Origin: Chrysomallon squamiferum
Lineage: Eukaryota; Animalia; Mollusca
DNA length: 64,000 nucleotides
NCBI GenBank assembly: GCA_012295275.1
Contig: CM022668.1
Coordinates: forward strand, 7,998,001 to 8,062,000
Reading direction: 5' to 3'
This document shows positions 30,776 to 45,374 of the stretch, one piece after another. Below the pieces are notes generated by a model. The model did no database searches. It was not told where the DNA came from and saw nothing but the letters and a program-made list of their open reading frames with translations. Within the stretch, counting starts at the first letter, position 1. Each line of letters opens with the position of its first letter. The position numbers and the translations under genes were made by a program.

Positions 30776-31515
30776 CAAACATTCTTAAAATACATTCAGC
30801 TTAAACTAATCAAAGTACATTAAAACTACCCATACTGTTATCAAAAAAAATTCATCAAACCAGGCCACAAGATAGTTACCACTAAAGAAACATTTAAAAA
30901 AAAAAAAGCACTCCAAATATGCCCACAATGTAATAAATACACTCCGAACATAACATAAACTCAGTATGTTTGATATTACAATGTGTCTGGTATTACAGTG
31001 TGTCTGATGTTACAATGAAAGATGAAACTACTTCTGTTGTACTGAAATAATTACATTTCAAAAAGAGGTCGACACTGATTTTTTATTCTTTTTTTTTTTT
31101 TTTTTTTTACAAAATAAAATAAATTCTTTTGAGGCTAATGTTGTTAAAATAACTGACACTCAGTTTTTAAAAAGTCTTTTCATTTTGATAACCTATTTAC
31201 AAAACCTGAAAGGAAATAATTTATGATGTTATATTTTATTTCGTATTATTTTATTACATATAATCATCTTCTGAATTGACTTTCAAAAATTAATGTTAAT
31301 AGCTAAGTACCAAATGACCTTTCACAAGACCTTCCTTCACTGAAATGCTGGTGTTGTTGTTGATGATGATGGTGATAATGACGACGATGGTAAATGGTTT
31401 CTTTTCCACAGCAAAGATCATCAAGTACTAACTCGTGCTCTGAAATAGAATCCAGTGCTGACCTCAGTACACAGATTTCTGGAAACCATACAAGTATCAC
31501 CTACTTTTAATTAAC

Positions 31516-31666
<151 letters not shown>

Positions 31667-33534
31667 ACTTTCTCCTACTATGTTTCTTCATCTCAGTCTG
31701 TCTGTCTGTCTGTCTGTCTGTCTATGACTCTTTCTGAAATAAACTAACCATTATTTAAACCTTCATGACGACAATTCAGACTTTATAAACTTTGTTATTG
31801 TTGTCGTCATAGCTGTTGTTGCTGCCACCATTGTTGTTACATACACAGAATGACATTATATAAATTTATATTAACTGTGATCTCTAACTGGATAGTACTA
31901 TGTCATGATCAACTGAAATGGCAGTGTTGTAAGAAGATTTTAAAAATTAAAGAGTTTCGACAATTTTCAGATTCCAGGCACTGACATAATTGTATTAAAA
32001 ACTCTGTTATGTGCTTCTCTGTCTAAAGGAATGTGCATTAAAAAAGAAAAGAAAAAGAAAGAAAAAAAAAGTGTTTCTTCTCATATTTTAATCACTATAC
32101 AAAAACCTTACGTTAGTGGAGAAAAAATTAAATATATATTACAGAAACTAGCTAAGCTAATAAAGCGGGCACTGACATTGCCCATGGTAATATCTGTCCT
32201 TTGTTTAATACATAGCCTTGTTTAATTACTTATGCTACCAATCGGTTATACCTTATTCTCTTAATTACCAGCCTATGTTTATATCGTCATGACAAGCACT
32301 TCGCGCAGAGCATGCCACGTGTCACGTGCAGAGCATTACGTACATGTGCCAAGCGCGAGCGCTATTCCACACACTTGATGACCCGGGTGTCAGTATTAAT
32401 TAGCTAGACATAGTTTCGTATCCATTTTTAAGCGATATAATTTTTCTCAGAGTATTTTTAATTACGTTAAATAAGATAACACGTGGTTATTCACACTAAG
32501 AAACACGAAAATGTTGTTTACAGTAACAATATCAGCATCCCTCCTTCACGATTATAATCAACGTCATCGTCATCAGCTCCGTCATCATCAGTGTTATTTA
32601 TTTATTTATTTATTACACTGTTAAGGTTGTTGCAGTCATTGTTAATATTGTTGCTGATCTAATTTAATAGTTGTCGTTGTTTCTGTTTTTGTTGCTGATG
32701 TTACGTTATTGCTGATGTTGTTGCTGATGATGATGTTTTTATAATCTTATAGCTTTTAGTAGTAGTAGCAGCAGCAGCAGTAGTAGTAATAGTAGTTGTA
32801 ACAGTAGCAGTAGTGGTGGTAGTAATAGTAGTATTAGTAATAATAGTTGTAGTAGAAGTTACAGTGGTATAAGTAGCAGTATTAGTAATAATAGTAAAGT
32901 TGTTGTTGTAGTTGTAGTTAACAGTAGCAGTAGTAGTACTAGCGGCTGAGGTTTAGTGTACATGTACTGGTGATCTGTGTTATTGTTGTTATTTTACCTT
33001 TTTCCTTTCTGCTGTTAATATGTCATTTTTTTTTCTTTTGTTTCTTCTTTTTTTCTTTTCTTTTTTTCTTCTTTTGTTATTTTCAGGTCTCTTTCTCACC
33101 ATTTTTCCCCCTTATTATTATTCTTCACTTTTTTATTACCATTATTTTATGGGGTTTTTGTTTTTTGTTTGCTTTATTTTAATTTTTTTTTCCTTTTCGT
33201 TTTACTTTGCTTCTTTTATATTATTTCCTTTCTCATAACTTTTACAATACGTAACTAAACAAAAAATGAAAATACCTCCATTCATCACATCCGCCATGCT
33301 TGTTTACTAGTTAGGTACACATGCACTCGTCTGTATTTCTCATCAAACGGTCGGTCCAAAAATTGAGGATTGGTTAATCGGTGATTAGAAATTCAGAAGG
33401 AGTTTTTATCTATAAAGATAAAAGGGTTTAATTAGAAAAGAAAAAAAATCGGTCGATAAAAAGTGGTTTGTACACAATGTTCCCTACCCCTCCTGTAATT
33501 TCGCGTTTATGGTATGTAGCTGTAACTTCCATCA

Positions 33535-33689
33535 AAGGGGCGTATCCCCGATTTCTGAAAGGGGGTGCAATAGTTGTCGTCGATACTTCTAGATTATAAA
33601 CCTAAATGAGTTTAATTATAAAGAAAAAAGAAAAAACACTTGAAATTAATAAATAAAGAAATAAATAAACAACAACAACAATAACAGCA

Positions 33690-33724
<35 letters not shown>

Positions 33725-33769
33725 AATAATAATAACAATAATAGCAATAATAATAACAACAACAATAAC

Positions 33770-33824
<55 letters not shown>

Positions 33825-34003
33825 AAAAAAAAAAATAATAATAACAATAATAATAATAACAATAACAATAATAATAATAATAACAACAATAATAATAATA
33901 ATAATAACAATAATAATAATAATAATAACAATAATAATAATAATAATAATAACATTGCTAAGGCTTCTTCTCCACCCACCTACCCTCCTCCAGATCCGCT
34001 GAC
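33535..34003. mobile_element. MITE-like relic of the same TIR type, interior expanded by (AAT/AAC)n
   Basis: Left AAGGGGCGTATCCCCGATTTCTGAAAGGGGGTGC; right CCCTCCTCCAGATCCGCTGAC. Confidence 0.4.
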
Positions 34004-34710
34004 AATGTGGCTGCTATTCACATCACCTTCCCTGTTTGCTGACGTTGTCGAGTTCACGTCTCCCACTTTACTAATTTAGCAGACGTTCAGCTGGGATTTC
34101 TAACTCACTGAGCGTGTGTTTGTCGAACAAAGCTTAGCTAGTAAGTCACCGGCGTCTTACTTATCTTCACATCAAGCATGTTCGAGCACATCAAAGATGT
34201 TTTTATCACATTCACATGTGCACAGAATAATCATTTTCCACGACACGAGGGCAATTCGCCCAGAGGAGCTCGTAACATGAACATAACGATTTGTTTTCAC
34301 AAACGATGGTTACGTGGCTTTCGCGTTGTTTTTGTTTATTGTTTGAGAAAGTGCATAAATTTGAGTAGGTACGTGTGTACGCACATGTCATTGCGTCCGT
34401 ACGTATGTGTACGTGTGTGAACGATCGTACACGTGTTTATTGGTGTCTCGTGAGGACGCTGTGTTGGTGAGGTTGTTAACCCCGTGGGCAGTTCACGCTG
34501 TAGACACGCCAGTGAGATACGTGTACAGGCAAGTTAGACGTGGAGAAGTCGACACTGGCGATAGCCTGGTGTGTTACTGGTTACGCGTGATTAGCAAGGT
34601 TCAGTTGGTTACGATATTTTTACAACGTCCCACGCTGGCAGATAATTTCCTAAGCTAGCTGTGAGCGTCATGTTCTGACACTGCTACAACGTTCTGTGTA
34701 GTCGACACCT

Positions 34711-35171
34711 TTTCAACGTCTTATGCTGTACGCCCTAATTTCAACTTCTTATGCTGTACGCCCTAATTTCAACGTCTTATGCTGTACGCCCTAATTTCAA
34801 CGTCTTATGCTGTACGCCGTAATTTCAACTTCTTATGCTGTACGCCCTAATTTCAACGTCTTATGCTGTACGCCCTAATTTCAACGTCTTATGCTGTACG
34901 CCCTAATTTCAACTTCTTATGCTGTACGCCCTAATTTCAACGTCTTATGCTGTACGCCGTAATTTCAACTTCTTATGCTGTACGCCCTAATTTCAACGTC
35001 TTATGCTGTACGCCCTAATTTCAATGTCTTATGCTGTACGCCGTAATTTCAACTTCTTATGCTGTACGCCCTAATTTCAACGTCTTATGCTGTACGCCGT
35101 AATTTCAACGTCTTATGCTGTACGCCCTAATTTCAACGTCTTATGCTGTACGCCCTGATTTCAATGTCTTA
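34711..35171. repeat. Minisatellite, ~16.5 copies of a 28-bp unit
   Basis: Unit TTTCAAC(G/T)TCTTATGCTGTACGCC(C/G)TAA, near-perfect copies. Confidence 0.97.
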
Positions 35172-35967
35172 TTTCTTATTGACACCTTTTAAATGCTCTG
35201 TGCTAAATGGCAGATTTTTTAACGTTTTATATTAACTGACATATCTTCAGCATTCTATGCTCTGTGCCACATTTTCAGTTTTCTGTGGTGGCTGACAGAA
35301 CCGATCTTAGCTGAAATTGTTAATTGTGTATAACACGTTCATCTTCTAAGTTTATTAATACTGAAATGAATTTACATTGACTTTTGAATGGAAAATATGT
35401 TTAGAATGTAAAAAAAAAAGAGAGAGTATTTCTGTTTATTATCAATGTATTGTATATCTTCAAAAATAAGTCATTAATTCAAACATTCTGGACATTAAAC
35501 GGGCGATCGAAATGGATAGTAAATTAAAAAACTTCCTTCAAATAAAAAGTCAACGAGATCATTTTTTTTTTGTCTACACTATAGATCAACTCTTCGAGTA
35601 ACTTCAGGAACGTCTGCGTATCTGTCCACATCTAGTCATGGACGAGAAGGGGTGGGAAATGAGACTCGGAGAACGAGGGGTGGGGATGTTACCTGGGGGA
35701 TGGCAGTGTCTGAACCGCCCTGTTGAATGTCTAAGAGACGTAATTGCATTTCAGACGTTTTTACAGTTTTTTAATAATAAAAATATCTATATCGATATAC
35801 TCTTTGCTGAATAGCAAACATATGTTGTGTAATGAATATATGATGTACGTTATATTAATGTTTAATATCAGTCTATGTTTCATATATCACAGCACTATTG
35901 TTCAGTATTATTGAAAATTATGTCTGTCTGTATATGTTTGTATATATATATATATTTTTGTTTTATG

Positions 35968-36024
<57 letters not shown>

Positions 36025-36272
36025 GTTTGTATACATATGAATTTATTACCTCTTCTTTCTGCATCGCCCTCACCGTTGACCTTTGACCTTTCTCTTTTCT
36101 TTTTAACTAGGTAATTATTTATGTCTGAGTCTGAATCATTTTATCTTGAATTAATCAGATGTCTACTTCTACGCCAAATACCCACTTCTCCATTATAAAC
36201 ATTTGTCACAGCGGCCAAATGAACCCACTTAACGTCCGACGCAGACGTAGAAACGAGTTTATGGCGCGAAAT

Positions 36273-36337
36273 GGTCTGGCTCAGCAGTGATAAGATTATA
36301 AATCAGCAGGTCGCTGGTTCGCGGCCCGCTACTGATC
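36273..36337 (+). pseudogene. Degenerate tRNA-like / SINE head
   Basis: A-box-like TGGCTCAGCAG and T-arm-like AGGTCGCTGGTTCGCGGCCC at tRNA-like spacing; the cloverleaf is not intact. Confidence 0.4.
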
Positions 36338-36399
36338 TCTTTCCACAACTGAGCAACAGAATGTTTGAAGTCACTAGCAGATTTGTTTATATGCATTAT

Positions 36400-36929
<530 letters not shown>

Positions 36930-38084
36930 CTAGAGATAGAAAGAAAGGAAGGTAGAAACATAAAGTGGCAGAATTCTACAATGGGGCTGACTATTTTACA
37001 ATAATCCGAAGATTCGTAACTTTCGGTCGTACAGTGGCTCTCGCAGACAACTCAGATTTAAATTCCTGCAGCAGGATTAATTTTCTGTTATACGTACGAC
37101 ACAGGTACGCCTGTCATGGCAGAAATTAATATTACAGCTTCGGGCTACAGTCGATAAGAAAGCCCTGCTGTTTTAATAAGTCTCAAAACACGGTGAAAAG
37201 TTCGGCTCATATCGTTTACTTTCCGAACTTCACAAGGCTTCCGGTCTTCGGCGAATTCCGGAGATTTTAATGCTTCCGGGTCAGAGTTCATCGTCGCTTT
37301 AGCAGATAATTACCAGAAATGTTCAGAGGCTATTTCTGAATATCATTAGTGAAAACAAATTTCTGCAGCACAATTTTCTATTCAATAAATCATTTTAGAA
37401 AATCGTTTCATAATAAGCAGTTATAATGGTGTTATTTTATACGTTTCATGGATCTTTTTCACTGAAACTCCTTCCTTTTAGTTATTTATTTGTTTGTTTG
37501 TATTCTTGTTTGCTACTTTGATTCTTTTCTTTCTCATTTTTCTTTCTTTCTTTCTTTTTTTTTTTTTTTTTTTTTTTTTGTTGGTTTGTTTTCTTGCATA
37601 ATTGTTTGGCCGATACTCAATTTTTTTTTTTTTTTTTTTTTTTTTTCCGCCTACTTCATCAGTTATATTAATTGTCACTCTCCATAAATCGTTCTTTGTG
37701 TCAACCGGTACAAAAATAAAAAAATGTTAATTACCAAATAGCACAGACAACAGAATAATGGACTTCACCCGCCAATTCACGCCGTTGATCACAGCAGCTG
37801 TGACGGCGACAAAGTGTTCCCTCCACCGCAACGTTCACTCACGCAAAAAACTGATCGGTTATCAAGTACAAAACAATCAACTCTTCCATGATATTTGTTT
37901 CCTAGCGATGACAACAATTTTTAACAGTCTGGCTGATCGGCAGTTTCCGACAATGTTCGATATTTATTCGAGTGTTTCCAATATTTAAAACAAAAAACAA
38001 ACAACCAGCAACAAACAAAATAAAACAACAACAAACAACTAAACAAAAAAGGAAAGAAAGAAATCTGTCTTCTTTAGACTAAAT

Positions 38085-38232
<148 letters not shown>

Positions 38233-38633
38233 CAGTTTCTTAACAAAACTAAACAGGTGGTTTGTACATCAAAACCACGTCCAGGTCTGAATCTGCTACT
38301 AGAACAACAACAAAAAACGTTTTTATTGTTTATTTATTTCCTTACAGATAATTGCCTTTTCTCTTCTCCATTTCTCTTCTTTTAAAGACCCATTACTATT
38401 TTTTGGCCATTCTGTTATATTAAAAACGTTTCCATAGATGTTTCAAATTGGGCGTATGGCACTTTAATGCCAACTTTAAACCTCTGACATGTCAAACTCC
38501 ATACACAAACCTCCAAAGAAATGAATTTATGGTGACAGATGGAGGCTGCACACTGAAAATATACTGTAAAACAAAAAAACATTCTTTTTATGTACAGCGC
38601 TAACGGTTGGGAAGCAATGCTCGTGATTGTATG

Positions 38634-38825
38634 GTCACGTGACGCGCACGTTCGGCGCGCGTTTGAACTGTTGCCCTAAGTGAAATGGTAAAGTTACTAT
38701 CACTTCGTGGATGAATAAAAGAAATATAAAAATTACAAAAAGATCGTTAATTAGAGCGACACACGAGCAATGAAAGTGTTGTAGAGTTCTCAAGTAGTTC
38801 CCGGCCTTGGAATTAAAAATGGCGG
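38634..38825. promoter_or_regulatory. Promoter-like CpG-rich patch (E-box palindrome plus YY1-type motif)
   Basis: GTCACGTGAC at 38634-38643, CGCG runs, and AAAATGGCGG at 38816-38825. Confidence 0.4.
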
Positions 38826-39352
38826 ACACACCAATCAATTTTCGTGACACGTTTTGAAATATGTGCCACGCCTATACGTACGTCTGCACGAATAAAATGA
38901 AAACTGTATATATACATAATACTTCTTTGTCACAGACATGTTCCTTTTGACGTGAAATACCTTAACAAATTAAACATCTGAACTGAAGTCATCCATTAAA
39001 TCAAGACATTTTGTATTTGTAATTTGGCGGTAAATGTCAAACAGGTATCGAGATATTTTTAATTAAATTATTTTAAATGTGAAATATTTTTCGACTTTTT
39101 CGCTCAAGATATTAAGAATAAAACCCTAGATTTTTATTTTTATTTTTTGTTTGTTTGTTTTCTTATTTGTTTTTATTTACTTACTTATTTGTTTATTTAT
39201 ATATTTACGTATTTATTGTACTTTTTTTTATTTTTTTTCTCTTGACATCTGAAAATACAAAAATTACATTTACTAGAATCTTTAAAACAAATTAAAAAAA
39301 AAAAAAAAAAAAAACATGAAGCAAAAATGCACGTTTGTGACTATTTAAATTC

Positions 39353-39549
39353 ACTAGTAGACTTGTTTCTAGTAGACTTGTTTCTAGTAGACTTGTTTCT
39401 AGTAGACTAGTTTCTAGTAGACTAGTTTCTAGTAGACTTGTTTCTAGTAGACTAGTTTCTAGTAGACTTGTTTCTAGTAGACTTGTTTCTAGTAGACTTG
39501 TTTCTAGTAGACTAGTTTCTAGTAGACTTGTTTCTAGTAGACTTGTTTC
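39353..39549. repeat. Minisatellite, ~13 copies of a 15-bp unit
   Basis: Unit CTAGTAGACT(T/A)GTTT. Confidence 0.96.
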
Positions 39550-40277
39550 CAGTTCGCCACACACCTGCCATGCAGCGCTCGGTGTTGTTAATATCATATA
39601 ACACGTGTCATGGCGATTACTCACAGCTGCGATTCACACATCGCCAACGACGACCGCGTGGCTTGTCGAAACTGACAACTTTGTAACAACAGAGGTGTCC
39701 AAAGCTTTCACACCCGAAACACGCTTTTTAAAACAATACACATCGAGCCTGAGATAACCCAGAAATAAGAGCTGCTTCATGTCAGCCGGTGTCTAGTTTT
39801 GTCATTATTATCATCATTGTCGTCGTTGTCGTCGACATCATCATCATCGTACTTATTAATTCGAGCACACACAAAAAAAAAAAAAAAAAAAAAAAAATGC
39901 ATTGACTTACACGTGACATAGACGAACGTTCTAACCACTAGGCTACAGTGTCAATGAACTTCATTAGAAACTGACATTTACAACAACAATCGACTGCAGT
40001 CACGTCAGATGAAGTGTCAGATTGGGAATATATTAATTACTTTAGTGATTAATGGCTTTCTGTATCACAAACCTTTTTCATAACGATGATCGCTTTAAAT
40101 ATTAATACCGAAAAAATCATTATTGTTATTTAGTATGTTACGATTGTGATAGATCTGGTCATTGTGTTCTCGTCATCGTTTTTAATCATCATCATCGTCA
40201 TCATCATCATCATCAACAACATAATTCTTCTTCTTCGTCTTTGTCATCTTCTTCTTCTTCTTCTTCTTCTTATTATT

Positions 40278-40314
<37 letters not shown>

Positions 40315-42768
40315 CTGCTGTTGTTGTTATTATTATTATTATTATTTTACGAATCTATTTTACCTTATTCTAAAATTGCTTCTTGTCACAGGCTTCCTTT
40401 AAAGTAACGAAGTTCCGAACTGTCGATCGATGATGTTCAGTATTACGCCTAACGTTTATGACGTCATAATAGGTGAACTTTGACACGGATTATTAGTGAT
40501 GCAGATACAGAATGTAGCAACAGCCTTCAGGTATTTCTGTTGTTGTTGTTGTACGTATTTTTAGGCATTCTCTCAATAATTAAAAACTAATAGTAATAAC
40601 TAAATAAATAAAACCCCTGCTAACAAATATATACCATTCCGGCCATGAATACTTCATTATATTATAGTAAAACGTGTAATTTATTTTATACATACGAGTA
40701 ACTTTTTGCATTGTATGATATATATACTCACGTTTAAACGCATACACACACACATATACAGACGTATACACACACAATACACTTAGACAGATTCCTATAT
40801 AGATAAATATGCACACTCCTGTGAGCAAGAGGCTAACATGCACTCACACACACACACACATATACATACATTATGTGTGTGTGTATTTGTGAGTGTGTAC
40901 ACACACGCACATACGCACTCACACACACGCGCATTCATACATATAATTTATAAACATACTGAAGTACACGCATGCACACATACATGCTCGTTTTCTATGT
41001 ATAGAAAAAGGAAAAAAAATATATTGCTGAATCAGCGAAATAAATATGAGATTTCGCTTGGGGGCATTTCTTCAATCTTCTTTATCATGTTTCTGGTTAA
41101 ATAAATGCAGATGTATTAAACTGCACAAAGAAAAGATAAAGGAAAAAAATAAAGAAAAAATAAAGAGAGATTATAAAGAAAGAAAGAAAGAAAGAAAGAA
41201 AAAGAAACGAAGAAAAGAAAGAAAAAGAAACGAAGAAAAGAAAAAAAGAAAGAAAAAGAAAAGAAGAAAAGAAAGAAAAAGGAAACTATCACAGAGAGAT
41301 AGCTTGTTATTTCTGTAATGACCCATTTTCTATTCTGCCAAGCTTAGTTCAGATTTTTATTGCTGTGTTGAGAGCTGAAAAAAAAAAAAAAAAAAAATAC
41401 ATTTCAAGAACTGTGTGCCGGTTCAATAATACCAGTAGTAATAATAGTCGTAGTCGTTGTAATAGTAGTAGTAGTAGTTGTGTTACTATGGGCAGTAGTA
41501 ATTATAGTGGTAGTAGTAATAGTATCAGCAGTAGTAGTAAAGAAGTGATGATAGGAGTGGTAACTAGGTGTAACACTAGCAAGGATGGTCTACTGCCAGT
41601 GCTACTAACAGCTGATATTTCTAGTATGATAGTTAAAGCAGCAGCAACTATAGTTATAAAAATAATGAAGTAGTAGTTGTAGTAGTAGTTATAGTAATAG
41701 TAACAGTTGGACTAATATAAGTACTCACTCATGTCCTCTCTCTTTCGTATTCTCTCTCTTTCTTTTTCTCTTTTTCTCTTTCTCTTTTTTTTTTTTTTCT
41801 CTTTCTCTCTTTCTTTTTCTTTCTCTCTTTCTTTTTCTCTTTCTCTCTTTCTTTTTCTCTTTCTCTCAAACAGTGTGTAATGAACTTTATCAAAATCTGA
41901 TTCCCAGCTTTTTCAAATTTACTATTATATGTATAAAAAAAGAAAAAATTCCTGGGGCTTTTACTTAACAAACATCATCTGGTCATTTCGGCTGTCAGAT
42001 TCCTTTGTCCGTGTAAATAATCCATCAGTTTTCTGGTATCATCGCACCCAGCAGGCCTATAATTAATACATAACACGATATGTTTCGCAGAAAATATTTG
42101 TCTTTGTTTAAACATCTGAGCTTTAATAATGATGGTTTTAATGGGTAGCCCGTATTTGCAAAGATCTCGAAGACTCAGCTACACGCGAAGGTCGCCTTAC
42201 TTAAACAATACCACCGTTGTTAATCAATTTCGGAGAAAATCGTTGCCGGTTCCGAAAACAAAAGCCAATTTCGGCAAAAATCGTTAACGTTCGGAAACAA
42301 ACGTCTACAGGATTCGTCTTGTTTCGAACGACCATAAACAAAATTGTTATGGCGTTGTGACAAATCCAATATGGCTGTAAGGAAGAGTAAACAAGCTGTC
42401 CGTCCGTCATTATGTCCCGTTTGAAAATCGTTTTCTAGTGTTATTGGTAAACACAAGTAACGTCGTGTACCAGAAGTGATGACAAAAGCAGATTGTGTCG
42501 CCAGAGGCGCGAACTTCCAGACGACAAACCCAGCAGAGATTGATAAACAAATCATTTAATGAAATAATAATAATAATAATAATAACAATAATAATAATAA
42601 TAATAATAATAATAATTAAATGTCAACGTTTTCTTAAATTATTAAGACTCTACGATTGTTGCTATATTTATATAAAATACCATTATTACTAGTACTGCTG
42701 CTACTACTATTAGTACTACTACTACTACTACTACTAGTATTATTATAAATAAAATTTAGAAAAAAATG

Positions 42769-42907
<139 letters not shown>

Positions 42908-44109
42908 GACGTTGAATATTTTGGCTGACATACTGATAATATTGCAGACTTTTCAAACATTACGAGTATGTGTTTCAGTACGTCTGTATGTGTCGGTTCA
43001 TCTGTTAATGTTTGTGTGTCCACCCATGTGTTTTCGAGACTTCTGTACATGCAGACACATGTTAAACAGTCCAGCCAATGAAAACAACAAAAATTACAGA
43101 CGTATATACATTTTCCATCTTTTAACCTTTCGTTTACAGAACCCGCAATTACATGTACACATGCTAACATCTGTGACCAAAAGCAACACAAAAAACAAAA
43201 TAATAATAATAAAAAATAAAAAAATATATATATATCCTGCCAAAAAAGCAGAGCTTCTTCAAAGTTGTCCTCTTCAACTCGAGTCTATCAACTTTAAAGG
43301 AAACACCAAAGTATTTCGCTGCTCGTTATATCGCTAATTTCTAAACACAAAAAGACCGCTGCACGGCGCGCTGTTTACCTAAGTGGACAGTGTGTTATTG
43401 TGCGGCGCATCAGAGTGTATTGACCGGTTTATTCCACAATGGCGGCTCGGGTAATTCCAATATGGAACCACTTTAACGGTCAATGAACAACGGTCTTATT
43501 TAAGGAGTGATTTTGGGGAGACTTCCGTTTATTCGAGCTCAGAGAAATAATGGATTGGTAAAATAAAAGGAAAAAGAAAATTTGTTGTCATGGAAATTCG
43601 ACAAGGGTCCTCGTGAGATCGGCGGTTCTGGCACTGACAATGGACGTTTATAATTTGTCCTTGAAAGGAAAATTAAAAATCGTTTTAACTTGAGCTGTTT
43701 TTCTGAGATAATTGCTGATAAATAAATGGAGTCTGTTATTATCCGTTCTTCAAGATCAGTCATGACTAATCTGACCATATCAGTTCTCCCATATTTCTAA
43801 TTCGAACCCGCGACTTTGTAGTTACTCTCGTTCCCGAAGACGCAGTATTTATTCGTGTTGTAAGCAGCGATGTTACATAAATTAGTAACGCGGTTAGTTT
43901 CCCCCAGGATGCAGATATACGAGAGAAAACCTCACATTTGCATTTAACCGTCTTTACACAGAACATTTCACTTCTAGTTACTTTTGTACCAAATGAACTC
44001 AGCTTCCGTATTCAGATGTTAGGTTCACGCGTACTAAATAGCAGTAATTTACTGAGTCACATGCCTCGTATTGAACGATTTTTCAGTCGTCAGTTTAAAA
44101 TAAAAATAT

Positions 44110-44140
<31 letters not shown>

Positions 44141-44542
44141 TTCAGTCGTTTGAAATAGATAAATAAATAAATAAACATAAACAAACAAACATATATATAA
44201 ATATAACTAAATTATGCAATAATGATATAGATATACATCGACACACAAACACACATAATTTGTGACTCAGTCTGTCGAATATGAAACGTGTATAGATCTA
44301 CAGGCGTTCAAGCATATCTGCTGTGGACACAAAAATGCCACCTAGTAAAAATGGTTTCCACAGCTCCTAATTCTAGCCTCCATTGGTTGGATATAGCGAC
44401 TACGGGTTCATTCGGCGATAAATTTAGCAGTAAGCTACATTTTTGCACCATAGGCATTTTAGATTATATTTTCCTCACAGAATTGTTACTGTTATTGGTT
44501 GTTGTTGTCTTTTTTTTGTTTGTTTTTTTAATCATTTTAATG

Positions 44543-44593
<51 letters not shown>

Positions 44594-45277
44594 TGTACGT
44601 GTTTGTGTGTGCGTGCGTGACCGTTTTAGATTCTTTATTGTTAGTTTTGTTTTTTATAATTCGTTTTAATCGTACAATTTTATTTTTTGTTTGTTTTGTT
44701 TATTTTGTAGTTGTTTATGGCTGTTTTGTTTTTGTTGCTTTACATACTGACAGCGTTTGACACAACACTTTATGCTAATTTAATAAACCATACACAATGA
44801 CAGTTACATCCTGTTGATCAGCCAATCAAAGTAAGGGTTACATTTCGCTGATCGCGTAAGCGAACAGTGACTGAAATTCGAGATGTGATTGGACGCAGGG
44901 TTCAGTTCACTATTATGACTACTTCGATAAAAGTAGACACGGAACAAAAGCATGGCTGATGTATGCTTCATTATTTATTTATCGTGCGTGTTATTAGACA
45001 TATGATGAAAACCACCAATTCATCGATTACATCGATCTTTTTCTCTCTCCATTAACGATTCAGCCGCGAAAACAAAGAGTTTGGGTGTTTTCAAACAGCG
45101 GCGAAAAGCATTTTATGCAAGTCAGCAGAAATTAATGAATAATGCTGAACAAAAGCTTTTTAGTGTGGCCGAACCGTAGCTGTTAACAGAGAAAATGTTA
45201 GAAAGAAAGATTGAATCATATTACGTGTTTAACAACAACGTGACATGTTTTTAACAATAACAGTTATCAAGCGTCGT

Positions 45278-45374
<97 letters not shown>

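Noticed and set aside
34711-35171. CRISPR-like 28-bp repeat
   Set aside because: Head-to-tail tandem with no spacers, in a eukaryotic context.
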